Source of the DNA: Takakia lepidozioides
Taxonomy: Eukaryota > Plantae > Bryophyta
Assembly: GCA_030704615.1 (NCBI GenBank)
Contig: CM060733.1
Location: forward strand, 4,836,001 to 4,900,000
Length of the DNA stretch: 64,000 nt
Reading direction: 5' to 3'
Of this stretch, positions 13,095 through 25,063 are shown one piece after another. The stretch's first letter is position 1. Each line of letters starts with the position of its first letter. The translations under genes were made by a program, and so were the position numbers. A model generated the notes under the pieces. That model saw only the letters and a list, made by a program, of their open reading frames with translations. It was not told the DNA's origin and did not search any database.

Positions 13095-13329
13095 GGAGTG
13101 CAGCTACGGCGTGAGCCTAGCCGCGTGAGCCCAAGAGCTTGGCTCATGCTTTGCCCTCTAAGCGTGAGCCCAGGGGTTTAGTGGAGGAAGAAGCAGGCCC
13201 CATACCCGAGTCATTTGTTTAGAGAGGGTCCTATTGTCGTGGAAGCAGTTATAGTGCTTAAAGAAAGGATGGGCAAGAACAAGCCCCAAAATATGACCAC
13301 TCATTGTGAAACAAGCAATGGTTTTTATT

Positions 13330-14520
13330 TATGTAGATGAGGTGAAAATTTGACAGATGACCATCTTCAAGCTTATTTAGGCTTTGTTTGTGAAGAATAT
13401 GTGTAACAAAATGAGCGGTTTATTGTGGAACTTGTTCAGGTTTGTATTATTGAAGATGAGGTGAAAAAAAAGCACATGGTCATTGTGATTGCTTATTTAG
13501 GGTGTCTTTGTGAAGAAGAGGTAAAAAAAAACATTGAGCTATCCTTGTGAAACTTGTTTAGGATTCTGTTATTGAAGAAGAGGTGAAAAAAAAATCAGAT
13601 GGTCATCATGAATGCTTATATAGGGTTTGTTTGTGAAGAAGAGGTGGAAAAAAAAAGCTAAGCTCTATCATTGTCAAACTTGTTTAGGTTTCTGTTATTG
13701 AATAAGAGGTGAAAAAAGAAATCAGATGGTCATTTATTTAGGGTTTGTTTGTGAAGAAGAGGTGAAAAAATTGAGCTCTCATTCTCAAACTTGTTAAGGT
13801 TTATGTTATTGAAGAAGAGGTGAAAAAATATTAGATGGTCATCATGAATGCTTATTTAGGGTTTGTTTGTGAAGAAGAGGTGAAAAAAAAGTTGAGCTCT
13901 ATCATTGTCAAACTTCTTCAGGTTTCTGTTATTGAAGAAGAGGTGAAAAAAAAACCAGACGGTCATCATGAATGCTTATTTAGGGAATAAATTAGGGATT
14001 GTTTGTGAAGAAGAGGTGAAAAAAAAAACTTGAGCTCTACCATTGTCAAACTTCTTAAGGTTTCTGTTATTGAAGAAGAGGTGAAAAAAAACCAGATGGT
14101 CATCATGAATGCTTATTTAGGGTTTGTTTGTGAAGAAGAGGTGAAAAAAATTGAGCTCTATCATTGTCAATCTTGTTCAAGTTTCTGTTGATGAAAAAGA
14201 GGTGAAAAAAAAAATCAGATGGTCATCATGAATAAATTAGGGATTGTTTGTGAAGAAGAGGTGAAAAAAAAACTTGAGCTCTATCATTGTCAAACTTCTT
14301 CAGGTTTTTGTTATTGAAGAAGAGGTGAAAAAAAAATCATATGGTCATCATGAATGCTTATGTAGGGTTTGTTTGTATAGAGGACGTGAAAACAAATGAG
14401 CTGTCATTGTGAAACTTGTTCAGGTGCTTGTTATTCAAGAAGAAGTGGAAAAAAAATACAGATGGTCATCATGAAGCTCATTTACGCAATGCTTCTGTAG
14501 AGGCCGTCAAAAAAAAAAGT
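13330..14520. repeat. Tandem array of ~118-bp dimers built from two alternating ~59-bp subunits
   Basis: Every subunit ends in GAAGAAGAGGTGAAAAAA. Type A is TTGAGCTCTATCATTGTCAAACTT.. and type B is CAGATGGTCATCATGAATGCTTATTTAGGG.. About 10 dimers. Confidence 0.9.
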
Positions 14521-14808
14521 GAGCTTTCATACTGACACTTGTCCATGTTTGGCAGGCCCGCGAACCAAAAACCGTTTTTTTTTTTTTTTTTTTTTGGTTT
14601 GGCCCGGGGAAATATTGGGGGTGGGGGCAGAAGTGGTGTGCGTTGACGCACTCAATTTTAGAGGCTCGTTAACCAAACCCGATGTAAAAATAAACTACCT
14701 TTCAAAACGAGACATCGTTTGTTTGTCCAGATTTAAGAACTGAGTATACATGTTCTACAAACAAGGCAGCCCTTTCCGACATTGCAAAAAATCGCAACAT
14801 ATGCAACA

Positions 14809-17800
14809 CTACTCGATATTGCCAATGTCTCGCTGCAAAAGTGTCCGTACCTCACCAGGACCAAGTGTCGCCTGGTGAATGATTTGGTCTCTTTTGGGAT
14901 CACAATACAGCCTGCGCAAAAAGATGTAGTAAAGATGCTTGCAGGGAACCCATTTCTCTCTCTTTCCTAGAGCTTCCTCACGCATGCACACGAAGTCGGG
15001 ACAGGTACACCCCGGAAAATTCCCCACCGTCACCTGATAGGCCCTGTCGTGCAAAACAGACCCAGATGTGACCAAAGTATAAACCCGTCCACACCCAGGT
15101 GAAGGTACTTCCATTGCTCCTGTTACCCGAGCCTGAAGTAGTTTGGCCGATTCCACCTTCGCATCGTGATCAGGCCCCGAAGCCACCCGATGCACTATTT
15201 TGCCATTCCTTCTCATGGGATGCGAAGTATCGTCTGGAGGAGGCACCATAGCAGCAAGGCCACCAAGAGTTGACGCCACAGATCGGTGCAAACGAAAGCC
15301 GTCGTCCTCCAACTTGCCAATCTCCAGTGTTGTTAGGGAGGTTCCCAGCCGCACTGGCCAAATGGTGGGTGGGGGAGGCTTAGCAATGCAAGAGTCGCGG
15401 ACGGTACCATTCACACAGCGAGCCATATCGTCCGGGCAGAACCAGAATTTGTGCGTCTTCGACTCCTTTGACATATATGGCCGAATCAAACCTGTGAACG
15501 TCGGAGTTGGAGTACCCGCTGAGCCTTTGGCTATCCTGGACTTACACTTTTCATAACTAATGGCCCTCACTGTAGCGCAGCCAACTCTAGACCCTAGAGT
15601 AGTTTGCTCGATGTGCCATTCGGAGTCAGCACAAGGTGACTCCTGCACTGCCCCCCTGTGGTCCTGCTGGAAACCCGCAATTACAGGGGTTGCAGGTAGA
15701 GGACAGGTCTCTGTGGAAGAGGATGCACCAGTAGCCTCTTTCCTACTGGATGCCATGCTTTGTAGTGGAGAAATCTTGGGTACAGAGAAGTTGTCTCTGT
15801 CATGGCGATGTGAATCCCCATCTAATCCTGGAGGTGTATTTAGCTTGCGTTTGCAAGTCCCAAACCTTTCCTCTCCTTCCAGATGGGGCTCTTTTGATTG
15901 GAGAGGCGAGCCCATTGTGCACCTGTTCACTGCCTTTGCCATCTTCGTTGGATCCCCGGACCTTCTTGCAGCCCTCAGCATCAACTCTGTTGTATCTGGT
16001 CCCTTGCCCCCACATCGCCCCCTGAGAAAGTCACAATATCTTGTTTGCTGGGTTAGAGCTCGTACCAGATCATTTGTTGTAGCAATGTACAGATTCTTCT
16101 TGCTTTGCCATATTGCTGCTTCTAGGCGGCGTGAACGCTTTCTGCCAGGTTGCACGACGGCATGTCCGCAATGTCCTCAAGGGACATGTCCTGTGAAAGG
16201 AAAATGAAATAGCGTCATTCATGCAAGCGCGACTGTTCTGGGAACAAGGAAAGAAACTGGGCACATACAAGGGATTGCAGAGGTGAAAGGCAGCTTACAG
16301 TAATCATGAAATCCCCCCATTGCTTGTATCTGAAGTGCCAAAAGACCAACCAGTCTTCCAATTCTTTGACACCATCCTGATCAGTAGCCCCTGACGAGAA
16401 CCACCATGCTCTCACTGTCTGGTACATGGTCTCAGCCTCTTCCATTGTAGTCGCATTTTTGTACATGAAGTAGAGCCTCGTGTGCTCCGCCTGCAGATCT
16501 CTTCTGATGCACCTCTTCGTATGTTTATGCAGGGACTGAGTCCAGTGGAATAGACATGTGCGCTCCCTATTAGGCATGGGTACCTTTGGATCACCAAATC
16601 CAAAAACTCGGCGCACAGCGTTGAAGTTAGCCTGTGCACTATCCGCCATAAACCCGTTGAAATTTATGCTTGTATGTCCATTGGACTCCATGACTGAAAG
16701 CAAACAATTCCACATTATCACCTGGGACTCTGTATCTTCAGACTGCATGTCACAGATGGCAATTGCCATTAGTCTTTTGTAGTTCGGGTCGTAAACATGG
16801 CAAGACATGGTTGTCCAGCCCTTTCACTCGTTTGCAATGATCGAACATCATCCAGAGACTTGAGGGGGCGTCTTTGGATGCAGTGATGGATCACTTCTCC
16901 GTGTTGAGCTCCCCCAACATTAGGAATAGGTGAATGCATTGAGAGTGCCCGGTGGAAACACAGGGTCCATCGACAACATTATGGAGCTCAAGGGAATAAG
17001 TCAATATGACTTTATCCAATCTAGCGTCTTCCCGGGTCAGGGGTCTTTAAAGGTTTACTTGTTAAAGATGTCTACGGTGGGCGAGGGCAGTGGCGTCAGC
17101 CTGGCCAAACGTATGCAACCAGGGGGGGATCTGGAGAACTGGATTCGCTTCCTTGCCCCAGAATGTGCATCTCTAGGAAACTTTTGCTGGCAGCCAGCAC
17201 TATGGCAGATGGTTTGGCTGAAGGGGACTTTGCAAACTCCTCCACGACAAGCCCACGCGCCAACACAACACTATCTCTGCAATCGCCGTGAGACACAGGA
17301 TGGTCGTGAGTCCCAAAATGAATGTAGGCTCGAGTCATGATTTTGCAACGGTGAGTAACGTAGTACATGGAGCAGGGCAATGTGCAATGCAGGAGGGGGC
17401 CACCTTGCAGAACTTACAAACAAATGTACTGGCAGACGGTGGGGCACAACCTGGGATAAAAGGATTGTCGGAGAGTCCTTCCCACTCACTCTCATTTTTA
17501 GCACCGCTCTTCATGAAACGCAGGCAACTTGCATTCACACATCTCAGATGCCCCACACAAACGCTCCTTCTGAATAGTTTACATCGTTGTGGATATTGGA
17601 CGTTTTGGTTTTGCACCATGGATGGCCGTCATGCTTTTTATCCATTCCTTGCAAGAGACCTAAGAGGCCCCCAGCACAAGTTGGTGGATTCAGTTCAAAG
17701 AGGATGTCACCGTCGAAGGAAGGTGGAAGGAAAGGAACCCTTTTTGTTGCGAATGAATCCCACAGTATCCCTACGATTTCGTTTTTGGATCCTGGTTTTC

Positions 17801-18000
17801 CTGACAATGCTTTCAGATGTGGGATGACGCTAATGATTTCCTGAACATCGACGTCCCCTTCAGGAAGACTGTTCATGGGAGCCAGTATTTCTGCCAATTC
17901 ATCATCCGAGGAATCCAACAGTGTCGCAAATGTTGTTGAAGTGGTGTCCTCCTGCTTCATAGTCACATGCCGCTTTCCTTGAATGACAGAGGCAGCTGTC
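14809..18000 (-). pseudogene. MULE-like transposase: GCM/WRKY-fold domain, DDE core, C-terminal SWIM finger
   Basis: DGHPWCKTKTSNI..RSVCVGHLRCVNASC..CKFC..IHFGTHDHP (GCM-like). MFDHCKRV..TTMSCHVYD, FMADSAQANFNAVRRVF and RTCLFHW (MULE D..D..CxxH). CTCPDF..PCKHLYY (SWIM). Frameshifted, with an internal inversion. The 5' end is uncertain. Confidence 0.8.
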
Positions 18001-18883
18001 CCATGAGTCACAATGGAGCCACCGGATTGTCTCCTTTCACTTCGGAACACACGATATTTTCCAGGAAGAACTCTCCATTCCTTGTGTTTCTGTGCAACGT
18101 GCGGCTTCTGCAACAACGTTCTTTTTAGGAGAAGCCATGTGGTGAACATACGATGGTGAGTACCAATACAACTGTGCGACATGGATAGGTAAAAACCTTC
18201 CGGAGGCGATTGCCAAATCCCAAAAGTGTTTGGTAAGACAAGAGGCAGTTGTACAACTGGCCCCACACATCAACCAATAACGGTCAAGGGTATTGAACCA
18301 CACCGCCAAAACAGTTTGGCAGTTGCCAAATTGATGGAGAAGGGAACAAAACTGTTTATTTTGTCAGTGTCACGGGGAAAAGACGGCGCCGTCTTGGATA
18401 TGGCAATCCAATTTGCGTTTTGCGGCGTTCCACAACGTGAACCCGAACAGTGCATTGAGTGCCGAACCCAGGAAATATCCGACGCCGGATGAACGCGGAC
18501 ATGGCATTCCTGACGTTATGTATGTTTTCGTTTTGAAGAAGGCAAAATCCGTGTATGATAGGGCGATGGCATGCCTCATGTGCGCAATATTTCATCCAAA
18601 TCACAAAACATCCACATTTGAAGAAAACGGCCTTATTGATGGCATTAGGGGCGCCCAATAAACCGCAGCCAGTGAGATCGATCCATTTGGGGGGTTAGAA
18701 GGTAGACACGCACATCCTTAACCACATGCATAACTGACGGCTTTAGAGGGTTCCTTACTTTCTCTATTGTTGTTAGTCTAGCTGGAGAGCTGCGGGAGTG
18801 AGAGAGAAGACATAGTAAGAAGACGTAGAAGGCAGTCCCTTTACTTCACGAGTGCGAGAGAGAGGAAAAACGCGCGAGTCAGA

Positions 18884-21800
18884 ATGAGAAATTTGCGCAA
18901 TCTGCAAAACGCTGATGAGCAGGTTGCACAGGATACGTCAACCCACGAATCAGAACAAATCCCAGAGGCGGGCCAGCCTGAAATGGAGGGAAGAAGGGAA
19001 GGGGAGGAGGCTGCCACGGAGACCATTGTGCATGACATGGACATCGTCACCACCACCGTCGGTGAGAAAGAAGCGACACCAAGGGAAGTTGTAAGGACGC
19101 AGCAAGAAGAGGCATCGGTAAGTGGTGTCATGAAACCCAGGGTAATCCTTCTCCCAAACTGCATGAATGTCGCTTGACTGTCGTACCAAGTGCATAGATA
19201 GGATACGAGAGATCCCCTGAAAATTGGGTGCGGCACCGCACTCAGTTTTGAGGGGAGCTCTATCACTTCCATTGTAGGCCGAGGTGAATAAGAAAGTCTT
19301 AGAGGCAGCAGGATCTGAAACGGAACCCTGAGAGGGACAGGGGGAAACTGAGTGCGGTGGCGCATTCATTTCAACTGAATGTTGGGCGATCGCTTGGGCA
19401 TTAGGGAAAGAGGAAGGTGATGTTCATAGTTTAGGTCCGAGAGACAATGGAGTGGCCACCCTGAACTGAGTGCGCCACCGCACTCAGTTTCTAAGCTCCA
19501 TGGAATCATTGAGTTGCTATTGCCTGAGGTGAACGGTAGATAGAAAGTGCGTTTATTCCATAGTGAGATCTCTTATGAGTTCTAAGAATCACATTAAGTC
19601 TAACCTGAAAACTGAGTGCGTTGGCGCACACAGTTCAGAGGTGTGATCGACAATGTTTTTGGACAGACGTGAAGACCCCAATGAACTCAAAACAGAAGTA
19701 GGCAAACAGATTTAATGGCTCCCAGAACTGAGTGCGCCACCGCACTCAGTTTTGGATCACCATAGAATGGTTAGTTTGCTTATGAGAGAGGTGAAACGAA
19801 AGTTAGAAAGTGTGTTTCATTCAAAGTGAGATCTCTTTTGAGTTTTCAGATAGACAGAAACAATAACCTTGAAACTGAGTGCGGTGGCACACTCAGTTTT
19901 GAGGTGAGGTCAACCATCTTTGTGGACAGAGGTAAAGACCCTGGTGTGCTCGAAAGAGAAAGCAGGACAGAGTGGAGGTCTCCCAGAAATGAGTGCGCCA
20001 CCGCACTCAATTTTTTGAGCACCTTTAGATGGTTGATTTGATGATGTCTGAGATGAACTACAAAGTGAAAATGATTGTAGAAATTGGAAAGCATTCTTTT
20101 TTAGTTATGGGGCGAACATTCAGAACACCCTGGAAACTGAGTGTGGTGGCGCACTCAGTTTTAACAATGGACTTGCAGATATTTGAAGACAATATGTAAG
20201 TCGAAGTTGATTTGGAATCCGGTTTTTAACTGAATATATATTTGTACAGTTTTGAGTGTGGTGGCGCACTCAGTTTCTGCCTCTAGAATGAAGCACACAA
20301 TGTGGAAGAGGAAGTGACAAAGGAGCCATTGACTGAGTAGAGATGGAGTGCCTGAAATGAACATAATTTCATAGATGTCATGGAAGGTGTCCAAGAAATG
20401 AGTGCGCCACCGCACTCAATTCCGGTTGACAGGAAAGGAGGGTTATGTGTGTAGTTTTGGAGAACTGATGTTTGTATGTTCCAATCCTTTGTGAGTCTCG
20501 AAAGTGAGTGCGCCACCACACTCAATTCTTGTAGGTGCCAGATCAGGAAAATGTAGCTGTGGAATGACGAAAAGGCTGTAATTGTGGGACGTGCAGGGGA
20601 GGAAAAGAAAAGGATTGCAGCCTGAGAAGCAGCAGCAGCAGCAGGAGGCATTGACTGAGAAGCCTGTTGAAGAAGACGATCATTTCTACGAAGAAAGAGC
20701 GGCAAAGGTCCTCGTGTACCAGAAGGTCAATTCCGCGCAGGTGATCAAGTCTATGCAGGTACCTGGAGGCAAGATTATGATCCCTCTCTGCCGCCTAATA
20801 TCAATGCCAATCGTTCAACCTGCCTTGACCGGGGATGTGTCCAAGTTGGAGTAGGATTTTAGTCACGGATACATAGAGGGGTCTCCAGTGTTTTACGTGT
20901 CCTTGTGCGATGCCAGTGGACAGGAGGTCTTGGTAGACGAGTCAATTGTGAAAAGTTGGGATCTAATATGGCGAGAAGTAAACGAGGAGTTTGAAGCCCA
21001 GATTTTGAGGAGACTATCCACACAAATGTTCTCCGGGAAAATGTTTCATATTTGGGATGACAATCACCGCTTCATGGCCTGGATGAACGTCATAAACAAA
21101 TATCACAGCACAGACGAGGACTGGCACTACCTTGTGGCGTCCATGGTGCTGGATCCGAAAGGAAACGTCACAGCACTTCTGACGGCTATGCATGACATCA
21201 ACAAGTAAGTATAATGCTCACCCTTCATGCCATTAGAATTCTCCGATTTGTTCTGTCTGTTTTGTATTTCCTGGTGAAGGAGGAAGTCATAGTATTTGTG
21301 TGGGACTGCAGGGGAACCGAAAGTGCACACGTGACGACAAATTTGGTCCACACTCTATTCAGGATACAGAAGGTGGGCCAAATGCCACTGGTCACCTTCA
21401 AAAACCTTATCAGTGCTGAGGCTTACAAGAAGTGCGAGACCTCCAAATCCGCCGACACATGGAACAAGCTCACCAGGGAGGCTTTCTATGACTACATGTA
21501 TGTTGTAAGTATTCCCTCCCTAGCTCTGTCTACTTGTTCATTCATAAAACCAGTTGACTAATAAGTTGTATACTGGAGTGTTCAGCAAGAGATTGCGGAG
21601 GCTGGAGAGAAAGGGAAAGCAGAGTATTATGCCAAAAAAGACCCAGGGGAGCGATCCTCAAAAGGAGTGGAAGAATCTATGAACAAGGAGATGGAGGTGG
21701 CGAAGAGGCACTACATGAGCGCGTTCATGAAACAACTTAGAATAGCCGACCCTGCTTTTGGCCCAAAGTTCTTGAATCAGGTCAGGATCCACTGGAACGT

Positions 21801-24086
21801 GAACACCAAGCTCGAAATGATGCAGGAGAAGCTTCATCGCCTGTCCACTGCCGTAGTGGAGCCAGAGGTGAAAGTGAAATGGCTTGAGATTTGGAACGCC
21901 GACCCGACAGTGAAAGATAACCACTGCTTTCCGAAGAGTGAGAAGAACAAGGAAACATGAGTCATAAAGCAATTCAGTGACCATGTTCTCGATATGTGGC
22001 TGCACAAAGCCACGTACTGGGCACAGGGTTTTTCCTCTCCCCTTTCCATTGCCACTGCAAATCTGCATTGCACCGGGAAAAGTCACTTACTCTTCTTAAA
22101 CATCTTTTATCTGAATTGTAGAACTGTTCTTGCGCAGATAGAGGCTCGGGCACAGCTGGTGCTGGAGAAGCAACTGAACGATTACAAGATTACTATGACT
22201 CCACCGACGGATACTCTAGAAGACTACGTCCGCCAATGGAAAGCAGCTTGCTTCGGCACTTGCTTCTTCAGGGAGTTCGCCAAAGAGGGAGGCATCTCGC
22301 GCACTAACGACTTCGAGCAGCAGCATGGATCAAAACAGGCCATGAAGAGGGTTCTATACAGGTCCTAGAGTCATAAATTATGAACTGGTTGAATGTTCTG
22401 AACCCTGTTGCAGATCTTCTCTTCCCTCGTCTTGACACCCTTTTTCCACCCTTCTTTCCTGTCTCACGAAGTTTCGATTTCGTTGCAGCCCTGCTCTTTT
22501 GAATAAACAGTCCCAAAACTGTGTGCGCTGACGCACTCAGTAAAGGGGTGGGCACTTCTGTGTCTCCCAAGCTTTCATTCTACATACGAATATCTGATCC
22601 TGTACTGAACCACACCTGCCCTGGCTTGTAAGTAGGGCCTGGGTGGACAGACCAAAAATTGAGTGCGCTGGCGCACACAGTCAAGGGGTCCTTAAACCAT
22701 TATCTCACACTTTCCCCACTCACTAATATTTCCTCTGTTTTGATTGTGTAGGTACATCAAGAACGTTCTCATTCTAGGCAAGAACTTGAGTCGACACCCG
22801 CACTTTATTGACCTATGGTGTGATCCATCCACCGCTCAGACAATGTACACTGCAGGGATTTTGAAGGATTACGGGACCTCGCATCTTCGAGACTGCTGCT
22901 GGTATATGGATATCCCACGGTTTGGATGCCCTTGGTCTGAGCTTGTGACCCGAAATCAAAATGACAATGCAAAGGCCTTGGCCCCTCTGACGGAGAAGGA
23001 GTTGCACGAGAGAAACTTGAGGATATTGGCTGAGAAAGAGCCTCTTGCACAGAATACGCCAGTCAAGCCTAGAAAGGACAAGGGGAAAGGGAAGGTAAAG
23101 GGGCAGAAAAACACTCCGAATGAGAATGAGATGGAGTCCGTGGTGCAATCGGGGCCAGTGCAGACCCCACCCCCAGCCAGAAAGCCTAACCGAAAGAAGA
23201 AGGGTCTTAAAAAGCCCTACGATGCAATGGAGCACCCATCTAGAATCATTTTTCCGGGCATGTGCGAGCTGGTAAACGACGGGTTCCTGGCCATGATGGA
23301 GACAAGGAAGTCAAGTTACAGTGGTGATCCTTCCAATACGTGGGACAAGCTATGTGCTTTTCTCCAATCGGTAAGCAATTATCATGCATGTGTTTGTGTT
23401 TTGTTTTCTTTGTTTTATTTTTACTCAGATCAGAAAGGTCGCTTATAAAACATCTTCCCCTTCTTACACGCTGTATTGCTTGCAGGCATGGAGGGGGAAG
23501 GAATATTGGGTGAATGGTGCACTGAAACCGCTTGCTTCGGAGATGGTTATTGTGGACATTCCGGACGGGCATCCAGTCCCGGATATTCTGCCCAGTGACA
23601 CCTGCCCAATATGGAACAAATTTGACGAGAGGTATTGGAGTTGGGTGTTTTCCTTTTGCAAGTTTTTCCTTTCCGATGCAGGGGTTCTTGTTATCATACA
23701 ATCTGTCACGATGAGATGTCGCTGGGAGCTGGCAAGCTACTTGAAAGCCTCGGGGATGCGGATTATCAAGACCTGGAATTGTGTCAACAGCCTATATCTG
23801 ACGAAGGGGGATTTCCCAGGGCAAAAGGTACGTTTCAAATACTTTTTTTTTATGTCTTCTCTGTTGAAGTTCCACTGTACTGACTGCTATGAAGTCATGC
23901 GGTTCGCACTGCCTGAATTGAGTGCTTCAGCGCACTCAGTTATGGCGGTGCATGAGCAATGACTCTGAACCCGTTCCATGTGGAATGGGTCTGCACTCCC
24001 ACCCAGATGTGCTATGAAACATTCCTCACTAATTATTGACCTCTTCATCGCAGACCCGTCTATTTGAGGCCGTCTGTCTCGTGAGG
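18884..24086 (+). pseudogene. Multi-exon accessory gene: ParB-like N-terminal domain plus N-terminal half of an N4/N6 amino-methyltransferase
   Basis: IPLCRLISMPIVQPALTGDVSKLE*DFSHGY...FHIWDDNHRFMAW (21056-21070) resembles the ParB DGxHR motif. Later exons read VIVDIPDG (motif IV position, 23555), FCKFFLSDAGVLVII, LKASGMRIIKTW, and exon 24054-24086 TRLFEAVCLVR. GT-AG introns are present. In-frame stops at 20852 and 21958. Confidence 0.7.
19222..20527. repeat. Array of 11 spaced 26-bp palindromes AACTGAGTGCG-N4-CGCACTCAGTT
   Basis: Starts at 19222, 19346, 19464, 19610, 19726, 19873, 19987, 20135, 20250, 20396 and 20502. Further copies at ~14633, 22517, 22657 and 23916. Confidence 0.95.
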
Positions 24087-24282
24087 GTACATCCACTATT
24101 GACTCCCACCATAGTGGTGGGAGTTTGAAGGTTCAAAAAAATGGAGCAAATAGAGGTACATATAGGCCCCAACAACATTCTATTCAAAGGAATTACCTGC
24201 AAGATGGTCTCCCCCATAGTTAAGAATTGGGCTAATATGTGACCCCCACTGACCCTAGTTGTACTAAGAGGAGTCTAAATTC

Positions 24283-24361
24283 ATGAAGACAACGTAGAAA
24301 CACTCTTAAGTAGTCTTCCTGAATCATACGAGCCCATAATTATGTCCTTAAGTAATCAACT
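24283..24361 (+). mobile_element. Copia gag relic
   Basis: Reads EDNVETLLSSLPESYEPIIMSLSNQL, the LLxSLPxSY motif of Copia gag. Confidence 0.55.
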
Positions 24362-24517
24362 CCCCAGACCCACCATTTCCAAATCAATAGTGGAGTGGCT
24401 ATGACCCCACTAAATTGCAGGTCCAGCTGATTTTTTCACCTATGGTTGCTATTCATGCAATTACATGGGGGTTGAAATCTCAAAATTGACAAGAGAAAAT
24501 GTGCCTCCAAATGAAGT

Positions 24518-24560
<43 letters not shown>

Positions 24561-24928
24561 TTTTTAAAAACCAATGGTGGATGTGTGTATGTAATGCTCA
24601 CACACCACAAGGTGAAGTGCTTTTTCCAAAATTGCTAATTTTATGCCAAAAATGGCCTTTGGAGTGCAATCTGTTTTGGGCTCGTTTACCTGCCACGTCA
24701 GCGGTCAACAAGCCTTTTTCAGACCCCAAAACGTAAATGAGAGATCTAAGATATTTTTTGTAGGTGGAAGCTTTTGTTTTTTTTTAATTTTGTTTTTTGC
24801 ATCATACTCGAGGCAAATCCCTTGTCATTAAAGCTTCAGGAGTGGGCCCCATCAGATTAGATCTGCAAAAATTAGGTCGAACTGCAAATTCAAAGTGACC
24901 CGATTCAGGTCGCTTGGGAACTTAAGGG
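24362..24928 (-). mobile_element. Truncated inverted copy of the piggyBac-like non-autonomous element
   Basis: Near-identical reverse complement of 25064-25606. Ends CTTGGGAACTTAAGGG|TTAA. Confidence 0.8.
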
Positions 24929-25063
24929 TTAAAATATAAATAACAATCAAGGGTTTTAATTTTTTTCCCTTCAAATAATCTGTAATAAAGTTCAATCCAA
25001 GGCTTCTGCCCCCTGTTTACCAAGTAGTGAATACGTAATTATCTTATCTCAATAATATTTTAA

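Larger units (their letters stand above)
13095..24095. mobile_element. Main body of a Mutator-type DNA transposon with divergent transposase and ParB-like/methyltransferase genes
   Basis: Starts exactly where the DNMT breaks. Contains GTGAGCCCAG subterminal repeats, a satellite, the transposase (-), the accessory gene (+) and the 26-bp palindromes. The right boundary is approximate. Confidence 0.75.

Noticed and set aside
15200-17827. Plus-strand ORFs over the transposase
   Set aside because: Antisense shadows, apart from the inverted 16850-17144 segment.
19222-20527. CRISPR array
   Set aside because: Spacers are 80-120 bp and homologous to each other, repeat orientation switches, there are no cas genes, and the context is a eukaryotic intron.
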